DNA of 64,000 nt from Dehalococcoidia bacterium (GTDB lineage Bacteria > Chloroflexota > Dehalococcoidia > Lucifugimonadales > UBA1127). Every line of letters begins with the position of its first letter. Positions within the stretch are counted from its first letter, which is position 1. The notes beneath the pieces were generated by a model, which was given only the letters and a program-made list of their open reading frames with translations, did no database searches and was not told the origin of the DNA. The stretch spans positions 31,046-95,045 of the forward strand of contig CBDBGD010000006.1 in NCBI GenBank assembly GCA_965205235.1, given 5' to 3'. The position numbers and the translations under genes are program-made. Below, in pieces: positions 7,838 to 17,044 of this stretch.

Positions 7838-8142
7838 GGCAGGGATTCGATTCGAGTCGATTCGTGTCGCGCGTTTTTTCCCGGCCCTCCTGTGCCTGGG
7901 GTCGCGCGGCGGAGGGGCGAAACAGCTTTGAGGTTGATTCGCGGCTGTTCCGCGTGGGGATGGGGCGCAGCTTGGACTCGTCTTTTCGTCCGGCCATCGG
8001 CGAGGGGGTCGCAGGTTGGGGGTTGTTTCGCAGGCGGGGGTTGGAACCGCGCGGCGCAGATAGGAGACAAATGTCGCGCGGAACAACCGCGGAACAAGGT
8101 CCAGGTAGGGCAATGGGCCGAAAACGGGGGGTGTGAAACAAC
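7838..8142 (+). repeat. dispersed ~300-bp intergenic repeat, copy A (most diverged)
   Basis: Starts GGCAGGGATTCGATTCGAGTCGATTCG...GCGCGTTTTTT...GTGCCTGGGG and ends AATGGGCCGAAAACGGGGGGTGTGAAAC. Alignable by eye to 36819-37110(+) and to the reverse complement of 28800-29080. Confidence 0.8.
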
Positions 8143-8176
8143 CTCGCAGGCACGGGCGAGAGAGGGCGGGTAGCGA

Positions 8177-8202
8177 GGTCCCTGCTTTCGCAGGAACGAC
8201 GA
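8177..8202. repeat. REP-like hairpin (GGTYCCTGC-N3/4-GCAGGAACGACGA type)
   Basis: ggtccctgctttcgcaggaacgacga. The same hairpin recurs at 10455, 37570, 37649 and 40732, and spurious ORFs translate it as VVPAKAGTS. Confidence 0.75.
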
Positions 8203-8229
8203 TGGGAGTTGGGCGCGTGCGGTGGGTGG

Positions 8230-8278
8230 GCATGGGGGGATGGTAGGGGATGGGGGTTGTCGGGGGATAGGGGGAGGT
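8230..8278 (+). repeat. G-tract (G-quadruplex-prone) module associated with repeat copy A
   Basis: gcatggggggatggtaggggatgggggttgtcgggggatagggggagg. It has at least six runs of G3-6. Homologous modules lie at 37348-37380(+) and 28700-28730 (G-rich strand is minus). Confidence 0.7.
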
Positions 8279-8400
8279 GGCACGCGGGGAGCCTTCGACG
8301 GGGTCAGGGCGGGCGCGCGGCGGGTTGTGTGGGGCGCGGGAAAGGTGCTACGCTTTTCAGTCGTTGTCCGCCCCTGGAACCGCCACGCAAGGAGCCGCCA

Positions 8401-9519
8401 GTGCAGCACCCGCCCTACGCCGCGTTGGAGCGCGAGAAGCTGCTTCGCCGCAGGACGCCGTTCCTCCTGATGAGCCGCCGGACGCTGCGGGAGAAGGCCG
8501 CGGAGTTCACGGCATTCTCGCCGCGGGTGCAGACGCTGTACTCGGTCAAGGCCAACCCTGCGCCGCAGGTGCTGTCGTTCTTCATGGGGCTGGACATCGG
8601 CTACGAGGTGTCGTCGCAGGCGGAGCTTCGGCGGGTGCTGTCGCTGGGGACGCCGGTGGAGCAGGTCACGACAAGCAACCCGGTGATGCCGCCGGAGTTC
8701 ATCCGCTACGCCTACCGGAAGGGTCTGCGGGAGTACGTGATGGACTCGTCGGAGGAGGTGCGGAAGCTGGCCCGGTACGCTCCGGGCAGCGGCGTGCTGG
8801 TGCGACTGGTGGTGGACAACACGGAGAGCGCGTGGCCGCTGGACGAAAAGTACGGCGTGGAGCCCTCGGAGGCCGTGGAGCTTCTGCTGGACGCACAGGA
8901 ACGGGGCCTGCAGCCGCAGGGGGTGACCTTCCACGTGGGGTCCCAGTGCACGGGGCTTGCAAGCTGGCGGGCAGCGCTGGAGAAGGCGGCGGAGGTCTGG
9001 CGCCGGTCGGCGGGACAGGGCATCACGCTGACGGCGCTCAACGTGGGCGGCGGGTTCGCCGCGCACCACACGCCGGACGTGCCGACGGTCACCGAGTCGA
9101 TGCAGACGATCGTGTCGTGCGCGGACGAGCTGTTTCCGCCCGGCACCGAGCTTCGGGCGGAACCGGGCCGGGGGCTGGTGGGCGATGCGGGCGTGCTGGT
9201 GGCGTCGGTCATCGGCACGGCTCGGCGGGGCAGCCAGGACTGGGTGTACCTGGACGTTGGGGTCTTCAACGGCCTCATGGAGACCATCGGCGGGCTGCGC
9301 TACTCCATCGTGCCCGTGAAAGGTGTGGAGCAACGCCCGGAACGCGCCTGGGTGGTGGCAGGGCCGACGTGCGACAGCTTCGACGTGGTGTCGCGGGAGA
9401 CGCCGCTGCCGGCGCTGGCGGCGGGGGACCGCGTGGCGATTACCCCCGCGGGGGCGTACACGACGTCCTACGCGTCCAGCTTCAACGGCTCCTCCATCCC
9501 CAGGACCTACCTGGCCTAG
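8401..9519 (+). CDS. type III PLP-dependent (Orn/Lys/Arg/DAP) decarboxylase, probably ornithine decarboxylase-like
   Basis: Start placed at GTG 8401, with AAGGAG 7 nt upstream. YSVKANP (PLP lysine), HVGSQ, NVGGGF, EPGR and CDS motifs mark the alanine-racemase-fold decarboxylases. Sits directly upstream of speE. Confidence 0.85.
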   Translation: MQHPPYAALEREKLLRRRTPFLLMSRRTLREKAAEFTAFSPRVQTLYSVKANPAPQVLSFFMGLDIGYEVSSQAELRRVLSLGTPVEQVTTSNPVMPPEFIRYAYRKGLREYVMDSSEEVRKLARYAPGSGVLVRLVVDNTESAWPLDEKYGVEPSEAVELLLDAQERGLQPQGVTFHVGSQCTGLASWRAALEKAAEVWRRSAGQGITLTALNVGGGFAAHHTPDVPTVTESMQTIVSCADELFPPGTELRAEPGRGLVGDAGVLVASVIGTARRGSQDWVYLDVGVFNGLMETIGGLRYSIVPVKGVEQRPERAWVVAGPTCDSFDVVSRETPLPALAAGDRVAITPAGAYTTSYASSFNGSSIPRTYLA

Positions 9520-9524
9520 CCGGG

Positions 9525-10370
9525 ATGCCGCGGCGGCCCGTCTTCCGGGAGCAGGACCCCTTCGCCCCACTGCAGTACAGCTACCCCGACGCTCGCGAGC
9601 TCCACCGCGAGGAGAGCCCCTACCAGCGCATCCAGGTGCTGGAGCACCCGTTCTTCGGACGCATGCTGGTGCTGGACGGCGTGGTGCAGCTCACGGAGCG
9701 GGACGAGCTCTTCTACCACGAGATGCTGGTCCACGTGCCGATGGCGGTCCATGCGCGCCCGCGGCGGGTGCTCATCGTGGGGGGCGGGGACGGGGGAAGC
9801 CTGCGGGAGGTCCTGAAGCACCGCGAGGTGGAGTCGGTCACGCTGGCGGAGATCGACCCGCAGGTGATCGAGGTGGCCAGGCGGTTCTTCCCCACGCTGG
9901 CGCTGGGGTACGGCGACCCGCGGGCGGAGGTGGTCGCCATGGACGGCGCGGCCCTGCTGCGGGAGCGTCGCGACGCGTTCGACGTCATCATCGTCGATGC
10001 GCCGGACCCGGTGGGGCACGCGCGGACGCTGTTCGCTGCGAGCACGTTCGAGGCAGCGTCGGAGGCGCTGACGTCGGAGGGGGTGTTCGCGGCGCAGACG
10101 GAGTCGCTGCACTTCCACCGGGACTTCGTGCGGCAGACCCAACTGGAACTCGGCGGCGTATTCCCTGTGGTGGACCTGTACACACAGGCGCTCGCGACGT
10201 ACGCGGGCAACTGGTGGACGTTCTCCATCGCCACCAAGGGGCGCGACCCGCGCAGGCCTCGGCGCATGGCGCAGGTGCGGACGCGGTACTATTCGGGGGA
10301 GGTGCACCGTCGGGCGTTCCTGCCGCGACGGCTGCGGCAGCGGCTGCTGCGGGGGCGGCTGGCGTGGTGA
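9525..10370 (+). CDS. speE: polyamine aminopropyltransferase (spermidine synthase)
   Basis: From ATG 9525 inside ORF 8277..10370. Contains SPYQRIQV, LVLDG..Q.TERDE..YHEML.H, VLIVGGGDGG and IIVDAPDP motifs. Confidence 0.9.
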   Translation: MPRRPVFREQDPFAPLQYSYPDARELHREESPYQRIQVLEHPFFGRMLVLDGVVQLTERDELFYHEMLVHVPMAVHARPRRVLIVGGGDGGSLREVLKHREVESVTLAEIDPQVIEVARRFFPTLALGYGDPRAEVVAMDGAALLRERRDAFDVIIVDAPDPVGHARTLFAASTFEAASEALTSEGVFAAQTESLHFHRDFVRQTQLELGGVFPVVDLYTQALATYAGNWWTFSIATKGRDPRRPRRMAQVRTRYYSGEVHRRAFLPRRLRQRLLRGRLAW

Positions 10371-10454
10371 GACCGCTCGTTCCTCGGCGGTAGAGGATAT
10401 GCTAAGCTTGTAGGGTTGGGGGCTCCGGCAGCCGGGCGCCCCCCTGGGCGTCGA

Positions 10455-10480
10455 GGTTCCTGCCTTGGCAGGAACGACGA
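10455..10480. repeat. REP-like hairpin (GGTTCCTGCC-TTG-GCAGGAACGACGA)
   Basis: ggttcctgccttggcaggaacgacga, a perfect 9-bp inverted repeat in the same family as 8177, 37570 and 40732. Confidence 0.75.
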
Positions 10481-10509
10481 AGGGCCCCATAGTCGGAAGA
10501 AGGAGAGCT

Positions 10510-11640
10510 GTGGGCGGGTCACTTCGACTGGGGAGGGTGCTGGGCATCCCCCTGGGTGTCAGCTACAGCTGGTTCCTGGTGCTGGCCCTGGTGATCCTGG
10601 TGTTGGACTCGCACCTGGGCAGCCGCTACCCGTTCTGGGGCGACGCCCAACGCTGGGCCACGGCAACGGTCGTGGCCCTCCTGTTCTTCGCCTGCATCGT
10701 GGCGCACGAGATGGCGCATAGCCTGGTGGCGATAGCGCGCGGGATTCCCGTGAAGGGCATCACGCTGTTCATCTTCGGCGGGGTGTCGCAGATCGCGCGG
10801 GAGGCGAACAGCCCGCGGGTGGAGCTGAGCATCGCCATCGTGGGGCCGCTGCTGAGCCTGGTACTGGGGGCGGTGTTCCTGGGCGTGGCCGTCGTCACGG
10901 AGAACGCAAACACGACGCTGTACGCCGGCGCGCTCATCCTGGCGTACGCGAACTTTGGGCTGGGCATCTTCAACCTGGTGCCGGGCTTTCCGCTCGACGG
11001 GGGGCGAGTGCTACGGGCCGGGGTGTGGCGGCTGACGGGCGATCCGTGGAAGGCGACCCGCATCGCGGTGACGACGGGGCGCATCGCCGGGCTGCTGCTC
11101 ATCCTGGGCGGGCTGGCGCTGACGGCGACGGCGGGCACGATATGGCCGCTCTGGCTGGCGCTGGTGGGCTGGTTCCTGCTGCAGACGGCATCGTCGAGCC
11201 TGCGACAGGCGCGAGCGCACGAGCAGCTCCGACACCTGCGGGCCCACGACGTGATCGAGGGCGATCTGGCCATGGTGCCGGAGTCGACGCGGCTGAGCGA
11301 GCTTATGGAGTCGGAGGTGCTGCCAAAGGGCCACCTCTACTGCCTGGTGAGCCGGGACGGGGAGCCCCGCGGGCTGCTGCCGCTGCTCAAGCTTAGGAAG
11401 GTGCGCACGTCGCGGTGGGACGAGGTGACGGTGGGGGAGCTGATGCTGCCGCTGGAGGGACTGGCCCGGGTGGCGCCGTCGACGGAGGCGCTGGAGGTGC
11501 TGGAGGTGCTCAACGACCGGAGCCCGGACCCGGTGCTGGTGGACCACCACGGCATGCTGCTGGGCATAGTGAGCAAGGACGGCCTGACGCGGCTGGTGGC
11601 GCCGCATCCACGCGAAGGACGACGGAAGGCGTCGACGTAG
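10510..11640 (+). CDS. site-2 (M50 family) metalloprotease with C-terminal CBS pair
   Basis: HEMAHSLVA (HExxH) lies in a TM helix, and NLVPGFPLDGGRVL provides the LDG motif. A CBS-like C-terminal region follows (VIEGDLAMVPES..., HHGMLLGIVSKDGL). GTG 10510 follows AGGAG. The track start at 10465 is a TTG inside a REP hairpin. Confidence 0.85.
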   Translation: MGGSLRLGRVLGIPLGVSYSWFLVLALVILVLDSHLGSRYPFWGDAQRWATATVVALLFFACIVAHEMAHSLVAIARGIPVKGITLFIFGGVSQIAREANSPRVELSIAIVGPLLSLVLGAVFLGVAVVTENANTTLYAGALILAYANFGLGIFNLVPGFPLDGGRVLRAGVWRLTGDPWKATRIAVTTGRIAGLLLILGGLALTATAGTIWPLWLALVGWFLLQTASSSLRQARAHEQLRHLRAHDVIEGDLAMVPESTRLSELMESEVLPKGHLYCLVSRDGEPRGLLPLLKLRKVRTSRWDEVTVGELMLPLEGLARVAPSTEALEVLEVLNDRSPDPVLVDHHGMLLGIVSKDGLTRLVAPHPREGRRKAST

Positions 11641-11643
11641 GAC

Positions 11644-12882
11644 GTGCTGAACCTGAAGCCCGAAACTCGCACGAATGGACCGCCGGCAGAGGCCCGGACG
11701 GGGGTGGTCTACCTGGACCACGCGGCGACGACGGCGCTGCGGAGCGAGGCCCTGGAGGCGATGCTGCCCTACCTGACGGGGGAGTACGGGAACCCCTCCA
11801 GTATGCACAGGGTGGGGCAGGAGGCGCGCAAGGGGCTGGACGACGCCCGACAGACCGTCGCCGGGGTGCTGGACTGCCGGCCGAGCGAGGTGGTGTTCAC
11901 GAGCGGGGGCACGGAGGCGGACAACACCGCTATCAAGGCGAGCGCGCTGGCGCTGCAGAGCACCGGCAACCACATCATCACGACGTCGATCGAGCACCAC
12001 GCGGTATTGCACGCATGCCATCAGATGGAGCGGTTCGGGTTCGAGGTGACGTACCTGCCGGTCGATGGCGACGGGCTGGTGGACCCGGAGGACGTGGTAC
12101 GGGCCATCACCGATCGGACGGTGCTGGTCAGCGTGATGTATGCGAACAACGAGACCGGGACGGTGCTGCCCGTGGCGGAGATCGCCCGCGGGGTGAAGGA
12201 GCGGGCGCGGGAGTTGGGGCGCACCATCGTCGTTCACACGGACGCGGTGCAGGCGGCGGGCTACCTGGACCTGTCGACGAGCGCGCTGGGGGTGGACCTG
12301 CTGAGCCTGTCGGCCCACAAGTTCTACGGGCCGAAGGGCGTGGGAGTCCTGTACGTGCGTCGAGGGACGCCGTTCTTGCCGCTGATGGCCGGCGGGGGCC
12401 AGGAGCGGGAGCATCGCTCCGGGACGGAGAACATCCCGGGCATCGTGGGGTGTGCGCGGGCGCTGGAGCTGGCCGCGGCGGAGCGGGGGGAAGAGTCGGC
12501 GCGGGTGGGGGCGCTGCGGGACCGGCTGGCGTCGGGCCTGCAGGAGCGGCTGCCGGGAGCGCTGCTCAACGGCCACGCCACCAAGCGGCTGCCGAACAAC
12601 GTGAACGTGTCGCTTCCGGGCGTGGAGGCGGAGCCGCTACTCATGGGCCTGGACCTGGCGGGCGTATGCGCTTCCAGCGGAAGCGCGTGCTCGACGGGGT
12701 CGCTGGAGCCCTCCCACGTTCTGACGGCCCTGGGGCGCACGGCGGAGGTTGCCCGGAGCAGCCTGCGGTTCACGCTGGGCAGGAAGAACACTGCGGAGGA
12801 CGTGGAGACGCTGCTCCAAGTGCTCCCGGACCTGGTCCGACGACTTCAGACAACTTCAGTACGAGGACGCGTGAGGACCTAA
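11644..12882 (+). CDS. cysteine desulfurase (NifS/IscS class I)
   Basis: YLDHAATT, a [15 protein letters not shown]-lysine motif and the SSGSACS active-site Cys loop. GTG start. Confidence 0.9.
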   Translation: MLNLKPETRTNGPPAEARTGVVYLDHAATTALRSEALEAMLPYLTGEYGNPSSMHRVGQEARKGLDDARQTVAGVLDCRPSEVVFTSGGTEADNTAIKASALALQSTGNHIITTSIEHHAVLHACHQMERFGFEVTYLPVDGDGLVDPEDVVRAITDRTVLVSVMYANNETGTVLPVAEIARGVKERARELGRTIVVHTDAVQAAGYLDLSTSALGVDLLSLSAHKFYGPKGVGVLYVRRGTPFLPLMAGGGQEREHRSGTENIPGIVGCARALELAAAERGEESARVGALRDRLASGLQERLPGALLNGHATKRLPNNVNVSLPGVEAEPLLMGLDLAGVCASSGSACSTGSLEPSHVLTALGRTAEVARSSLRFTLGRKNTAEDVETLLQVLPDLVRRLQTTSVRGRVRT

Positions 12883-12884
12883 GC

Positions 12885-13451
12885 ATGGCAAAGCATCGAA
12901 CCCGTCTCCTGTCGGTGGCCCTGGCGTGGAGCGTCGCGGCGCTCCTCCTTCTCGCCGGGTGCGAAGAGGGGGTGGACGTCACCCCCGGCGTGGACTACGA
13001 GTCGGTCGACCGCGGGACCTGGGCCCGAGGCTCCCATCTCAGCGTGAACGTGCGCAACATTACGCACGTGTCAGAGGTGGCCTACGAGGACCAGGGGACG
13101 AACTATGTGATCCGGCCGCGGAACGCCGCCAACCAGCTCACGGTGGCGAAGGTGCTGATCCTGAACCGCAGGTCGTCTCGGATCTCCCTTCTCATCGACG
13201 AGGGAGCGGCGAGTCTGGAGAACCGTCGACTGGCGCGCTTCGGCCCGGTCGACCCCTTCGGACCGCAGCGACTGGAGGCGGAGGAGGCCTCACCCGACGG
13301 GAACGAGTACGTGCCGTTCCTGTGGGGAGAGGTGGAGCTGGAGCAGGACAAGCAGCTGGAAGGGTGGATGATCTTTGAGACGCCGCCGCAACTGGAGCTG
13401 TACCAGCTCCGGTGGGACCAGGGCGAGAGAGTGTTTGTTCGCCTGCAGTGA
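12885..13451 (+). CDS. lipoprotein, function unknown
   Basis: ATG 12885 inside ORF 11415..13451. It has a signal peptide with lipobox (LLLLAGCEEG). The ~165-aa mature part is beta-rich by composition. Confidence 0.7.
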   Translation: MAKHRTRLLSVALAWSVAALLLLAGCEEGVDVTPGVDYESVDRGTWARGSHLSVNVRNITHVSEVAYEDQGTNYVIRPRNAANQLTVAKVLILNRRSSRISLLIDEGAASLENRRLARFGPVDPFGPQRLEAEEASPDGNEYVPFLWGEVELEQDKQLEGWMIFETPPQLELYQLRWDQGERVFVRLQ

Positions 13452-13542
13452 GCGGGTCTCAGGCAGGGCCGGCAGACACGGCCCAGGAAACCGGCGGGGC
13501 GGCGCCAACGTACTTTCCAAGGATGAATAACGCGGGCAAGCC

Positions 13543-13571
13543 TTGCGTGCAGCGGACAGTGTAACTAAAAT
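13543..13571 (+). promoter_or_regulatory. sigma-70-like promoter of the ABC-2 operon
   Basis: TTGCGT (13543-13548), 17-nt spacer, TAAAAT (13566-13571), 40 nt upstream of ATG 13611. This is the best -10 match seen in the window. Confidence 0.45.
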
Positions 13572-13610
13572 AGCGGATTTGGGCGCGCTAACGCATAGCA
13601 GGACGTCGAC

Positions 13611-14576
13611 ATGAGTGATGTGAACACAAGCGAGGTGATGATCGAGGCCGAAGAGCTGACAAAGTACTACGGCAGCTTTCTGGCGGTCGAGAACATCAAC
13701 TTCACGGTGAACCGGGGCGAGATCGTGGGATTCCTGGGGCCGAACGGGTCCGGGAAGACCACGACGATGCGTATCCTCACGGGGTACATGCCGCCCTCGA
13801 CGGGGGTGGCGCGCATCGCCGGCGCGAACGTGACGAGCGAGTCGCTGGAGGCGCGGCGACACATCGGCTACCTGCCGGAGACGGTGCCGCTGTACACGGA
13901 CATGCCGGTGGACGAGTACCTGGGCTACATGGGCGCTCTCCGAGGCATGACGAAGCCGCGGATACGCCAGCGCACGGACGAGGTCATCAGCATGGTGCGC
14001 CTGGAGGAGTACCGCTCCAGCCTTATCGGCAAGCTGTCCAAGGGCTATCGACAGCGGGTAGGGCTGGCACAGGCCATCCTCCACGAGCCCGACGTGCTGA
14101 TCCTGGACGAGCCAACCATCGGCATCGACCCGATCCAGGTGGTGGAGACCCGCGAGGTCATCCGCGACCTGGGACGGGAGCACACAATCCTGCTGAGCAC
14201 GCACATCCTGGCGGAGGTGAGCCTTCTCTGCCAGCGCGTCCTGATCATTCACGACGGGGCGCTGGTGGCAGAGGATGCTCCCGATCAACTGGCCAGGAGA
14301 CTCCGAGGAACAGAGCGGCTGGAGCTGGAGGTCCGAGGGCCGGTGGAGGAGGTGACGACGGCGCTTCGAGAGGTGCCGGGCGTCACCAACGTGCGGAACT
14401 CCAAAACGGGCGACCATTACTCGTACATGGTGGACGCCCGGCACGGGGCCGAGCTGACGGAGGACGTGGCGCGCCTGATCATCCAGCGGGACTGGGGACT
14501 ACTGCGACTAAGCCCCACGGTCATGAGCCTGGAGGAGATCTTCCTCCAGCTGACTACGGGCGAGGAGGAAGCTTAG
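13611..14576 (+). CDS. ABC transporter ATP-binding protein (ABC-2/GldA-like)
   Basis: Walker A GPNGSGKTTT, signature LSKGYRQR, Walker B LILDEP, and an H-loop STH. Confidence 0.9.
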   Translation: MSDVNTSEVMIEAEELTKYYGSFLAVENINFTVNRGEIVGFLGPNGSGKTTTMRILTGYMPPSTGVARIAGANVTSESLEARRHIGYLPETVPLYTDMPVDEYLGYMGALRGMTKPRIRQRTDEVISMVRLEEYRSSLIGKLSKGYRQRVGLAQAILHEPDVLILDEPTIGIDPIQVVETREVIRDLGREHTILLSTHILAEVSLLCQRVLIIHDGALVAEDAPDQLARRLRGTERLELEVRGPVEEVTTALREVPGVTNVRNSKTGDHYSYMVDARHGAELTEDVARLIIQRDWGLLRLSPTVMSLEEIFLQLTTGEEEA

Positions 14577-14579
14577 CCC

Positions 14580-15293
14580 GTGGGCAACACACTGACCATC
14601 GCCTGGAAGGAGACCAAGACCTACTTCTCGTCTCCCATGGGCTACGTGATAGCCGCCGTCTTCCTGGCCCTGACCGGATACCTGTTCGCACAGAGCGTGA
14701 GCGCGCCGTTCGCCGAGGCGAGCATTCGGAGCTGGATCGTGGACTCAACGCTGCTGTTCACGCTGTGGTCGCCGGTGCTGACGATGCGGCTGCTGGCGGA
14801 GGAGCAGAAGCTGGGGACGCTGGAGCTGCTGCTGACATCGCCGGTGCGGGACTTCGAAATCGTCATCGGCAAGTACCTGTCCACGCTGGTCATCCTGGTG
14901 GGGACGCTGGCCCTGACGTTCTTCTACGTGCTGCTGCTGTTCCTGTACGGTGACCCGGACATCGGCCCGATCCTGGCGGGGTACCTGGGACTGGTCCTCT
15001 TCGGCGCCGCGACATTGGCGGTGGGCGTTCTGGCGTCGTCACTGACGAGCAACCAGATCGTGGCGGCGGTGGTGAGCTTTGGCATCCTGCTGCTGCTGAC
15101 GCTGCTGGAGCAGGCGGCGGACGTGACGGGCGGGCGAACGGCGCTGATCCTGGAGCAGTCGTCGCTGACCGGGCACTTCCGCGACTTTGCACGGGGAATC
15201 ATCGACTCGAACAACATTGTCTACTACCTGACCTTCATCTCGGCATTCCTCTTTCTGACGATACGAAACCTTGAGTCACGGCGGTGGAGATAG
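14580..15293 (+). CDS. ABC-2 type transporter permease (GldF-like)
   Basis: 237 aa with about six hydrophobic helices. GTG start lies 4 nt after the ATPase stop. Confidence 0.8.
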   Translation: MGNTLTIAWKETKTYFSSPMGYVIAAVFLALTGYLFAQSVSAPFAEASIRSWIVDSTLLFTLWSPVLTMRLLAEEQKLGTLELLLTSPVRDFEIVIGKYLSTLVILVGTLALTFFYVLLLFLYGDPDIGPILAGYLGLVLFGAATLAVGVLASSLTSNQIVAAVVSFGILLLLTLLEQAADVTGGRTALILEQSSLTGHFRDFARGIIDSNNIVYYLTFISAFLFLTIRNLESRRWR

Positions 15294-15294
15294 C

Positions 15295-17037
15295 ATGGCA
15301 AACCCCTCTCCCGAGGAGCAGGACGGCAGTCCCCTACCCGAGCGCGTCTCGATCTGGGGTCGAGCCCAAAGCATAGCCGCGAGCTCGGCGATCCCCCTGG
15401 CCATCCTGGGGGGCATTGCGTTCATCGGCGGCGGGGTCATCTACGTCGCGGAGCAAGAGCTGCAGGACTTCGCCCTGGTCGTGGTGGCCGTGGGCGGCGG
15501 GCTGCTGCTGGTGTCGCTGCTGGCGTCGTTCGTATCGGTGCGGGCGGCGCTGACGGACACGCGGGGGCGTTATGCAACCAACGCCATCGCAATCCTGCTG
15601 CTGTTCTTTGCCATCGCGGTGCTGGTGAACTTCATCAGCTTCCAGAACCCGGAGCGAGCGGACACGACGTTCACGCAGCACTTCTCACTGTCGCCGCAGA
15701 CGGTGCAGGTGCTGGAAGGGCTGGACAACGAGGTGCGGGCGACGGGCTTCTTCGTCGACGTGCGCCGGGACCAGGTGGCGTTGAGGCAGCAGGCGGACGA
15801 TCTGCTGTCAGAGTTCCAGCGTCGGTCGAACAGACGGTTCACGTACCGCTTCTACGACCCGGAAGAGGAGCCGGCGCAGGCTTCCCGCTACCAGGTGAGC
15901 CGCTACCCGACCATCGTCTTTGAAGAGCTGGGGACGGACAACCAGTTCCAACTGAGCCTGCCGCCCCTCTCGGAGCAGGACCTGACGAGCGCGCTCCTCA
16001 TCCTGACGGGTGAGAAGCGCAAGAAGGTCTACTTCCTGACGGGACACGGGGAGAAGGACCTGCTGGACACGGACGTTCGCAGCACGACGGGCTACCGCCT
16101 CATGGCGGAAGGCGTCCTGCGGGAGAACTACCAGCTGGAGCCGCTCAACCTGAGCCAGGAGCGGCCGTTCGACTGGCGGGACGACGTGGCGGTGCTGATC
16201 ATCGCGGGGCCGCAGCGCGAGCTGTTCTCGGACGAGTACGAGCAGCTGGACGAGTGGCTCCGAGGGGGCGGGCGCGCGCTCTTCCTCCTGGACCCCAAGA
16301 CGCCGGCAAGCGTACGGCGGCTGCTGGAGCCGTTCGGGCTGCAGCTGACCAAGCAGGTCATCGTGGACGAGGGGAGCTCGGTCACGGGCGACCCGCGGAC
16401 GCCGCTGCTGCAGCGGCCGTCGTACACGTTCCGCTCCATCGGAAGCGCGAACACGCTGGAGACGGCACGGGGCAACCCGAGCAAGATCACGGACAACCTG
16501 GACGTGACCTTCTTCCCGGAAGCCACGCCCATCAACCTCATCCCCGAGTACATCGAGGACCAACGGCGGATCCCGCCGTGGATCCAGTACTACCCGCTGG
16601 CGTTCAGCAGCGGGGCGAGCTGGGCGACAGAGGACGGGGAACGCAACAGCTTCCTGGAGGACGTGGACTTCCTGGGCCCGCACGCAATCGCCCTGGCGCT
16701 GGACGCGTTCTGCCCCATCGACACGGAGGAGTGCGAGCGGCTGGCAGCCGCGCCGGGAGGGGCGCTGCCGGAGAAGACGAGCATCGTGGTGATCGGGGAC
16801 TCGGACTTCGCCAGCAACCGCTACTTCCCTGCGTACTTCAACTCGGACTTCCTGCTGAACTCGATCAACTGGCTGGCCGAGGAGTACGAGCTGATAGCGA
16901 TCCACGCCAAGCCGTTCACGTTCCGGGAGCTGGTAGTGACGCGCCGGGAGCTGAACTTCATCCGGTACACGAGCTGGTTCCTGCTGCCGGTGAGCATCGG
17001 GTTCCTGGGGTTCATCGCCTGGTGGCGGAGGCGGTAA
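15295..17037 (+). CDS. GldG-like ABC-transporter-associated protein
   Basis: ATG 15295 lies 2 nt after the permease stop. It has N-terminal TM helices, a large soluble domain and a C-terminal TM anchor (WFLLPVSIGFLGFIAWWRRR). This architecture and position match the GldG family. Confidence 0.7.
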   Translation: MANPSPEEQDGSPLPERVSIWGRAQSIAASSAIPLAILGGIAFIGGGVIYVAEQELQDFALVVVAVGGGLLLVSLLASFVSVRAALTDTRGRYATNAIAILLLFFAIAVLVNFISFQNPERADTTFTQHFSLSPQTVQVLEGLDNEVRATGFFVDVRRDQVALRQQADDLLSEFQRRSNRRFTYRFYDPEEEPAQASRYQVSRYPTIVFEELGTDNQFQLSLPPLSEQDLTSALLILTGEKRKKVYFLTGHGEKDLLDTDVRSTTGYRLMAEGVLRENYQLEPLNLSQERPFDWRDDVAVLIIAGPQRELFSDEYEQLDEWLRGGGRALFLLDPKTPASVRRLLEPFGLQLTKQVIVDEGSSVTGDPRTPLLQRPSYTFRSIGSANTLETARGNPSKITDNLDVTFFPEATPINLIPEYIEDQRRIPPWIQYYPLAFSSGASWATEDGERNSFLEDVDFLGPHAIALALDAFCPIDTEECERLAAAPGGALPEKTSIVVIGDSDFASNRYFPAYFNSDFLLNSINWLAEEYELIAIHAKPFTFRELVVTRRELNFIRYTSWFLLPVSIGFLGFIAWWRRR

Positions 17038-17044
17038 CGGGCCG

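Noticed and set aside
7297-9570. Very long ORFs antisense to, or out of frame with, recognised genes. Examples are 7297..9570(-) 757 aa, 11011..12576(-), 15808..17091(-), 17660..19360(-), 25206..26483(+), 37625..39589(+), 5927..7300(+), 46846..48357(+), 52617..54155(-), 61828..63597(+) and 8277..10370(+) upstream of speE.
   Set aside because: Their translations are Arg/Pro/Gly/Ala/His-rich and low in complexity, with no motifs. Each overlaps a gene on the other strand or frame that has clear family signatures. Long spurious ORFs of this kind are expected in high-GC DNA. Only the parts noted in the features were kept, for example rubrerythrin at 7297-7725 and speE at 9525-10370.
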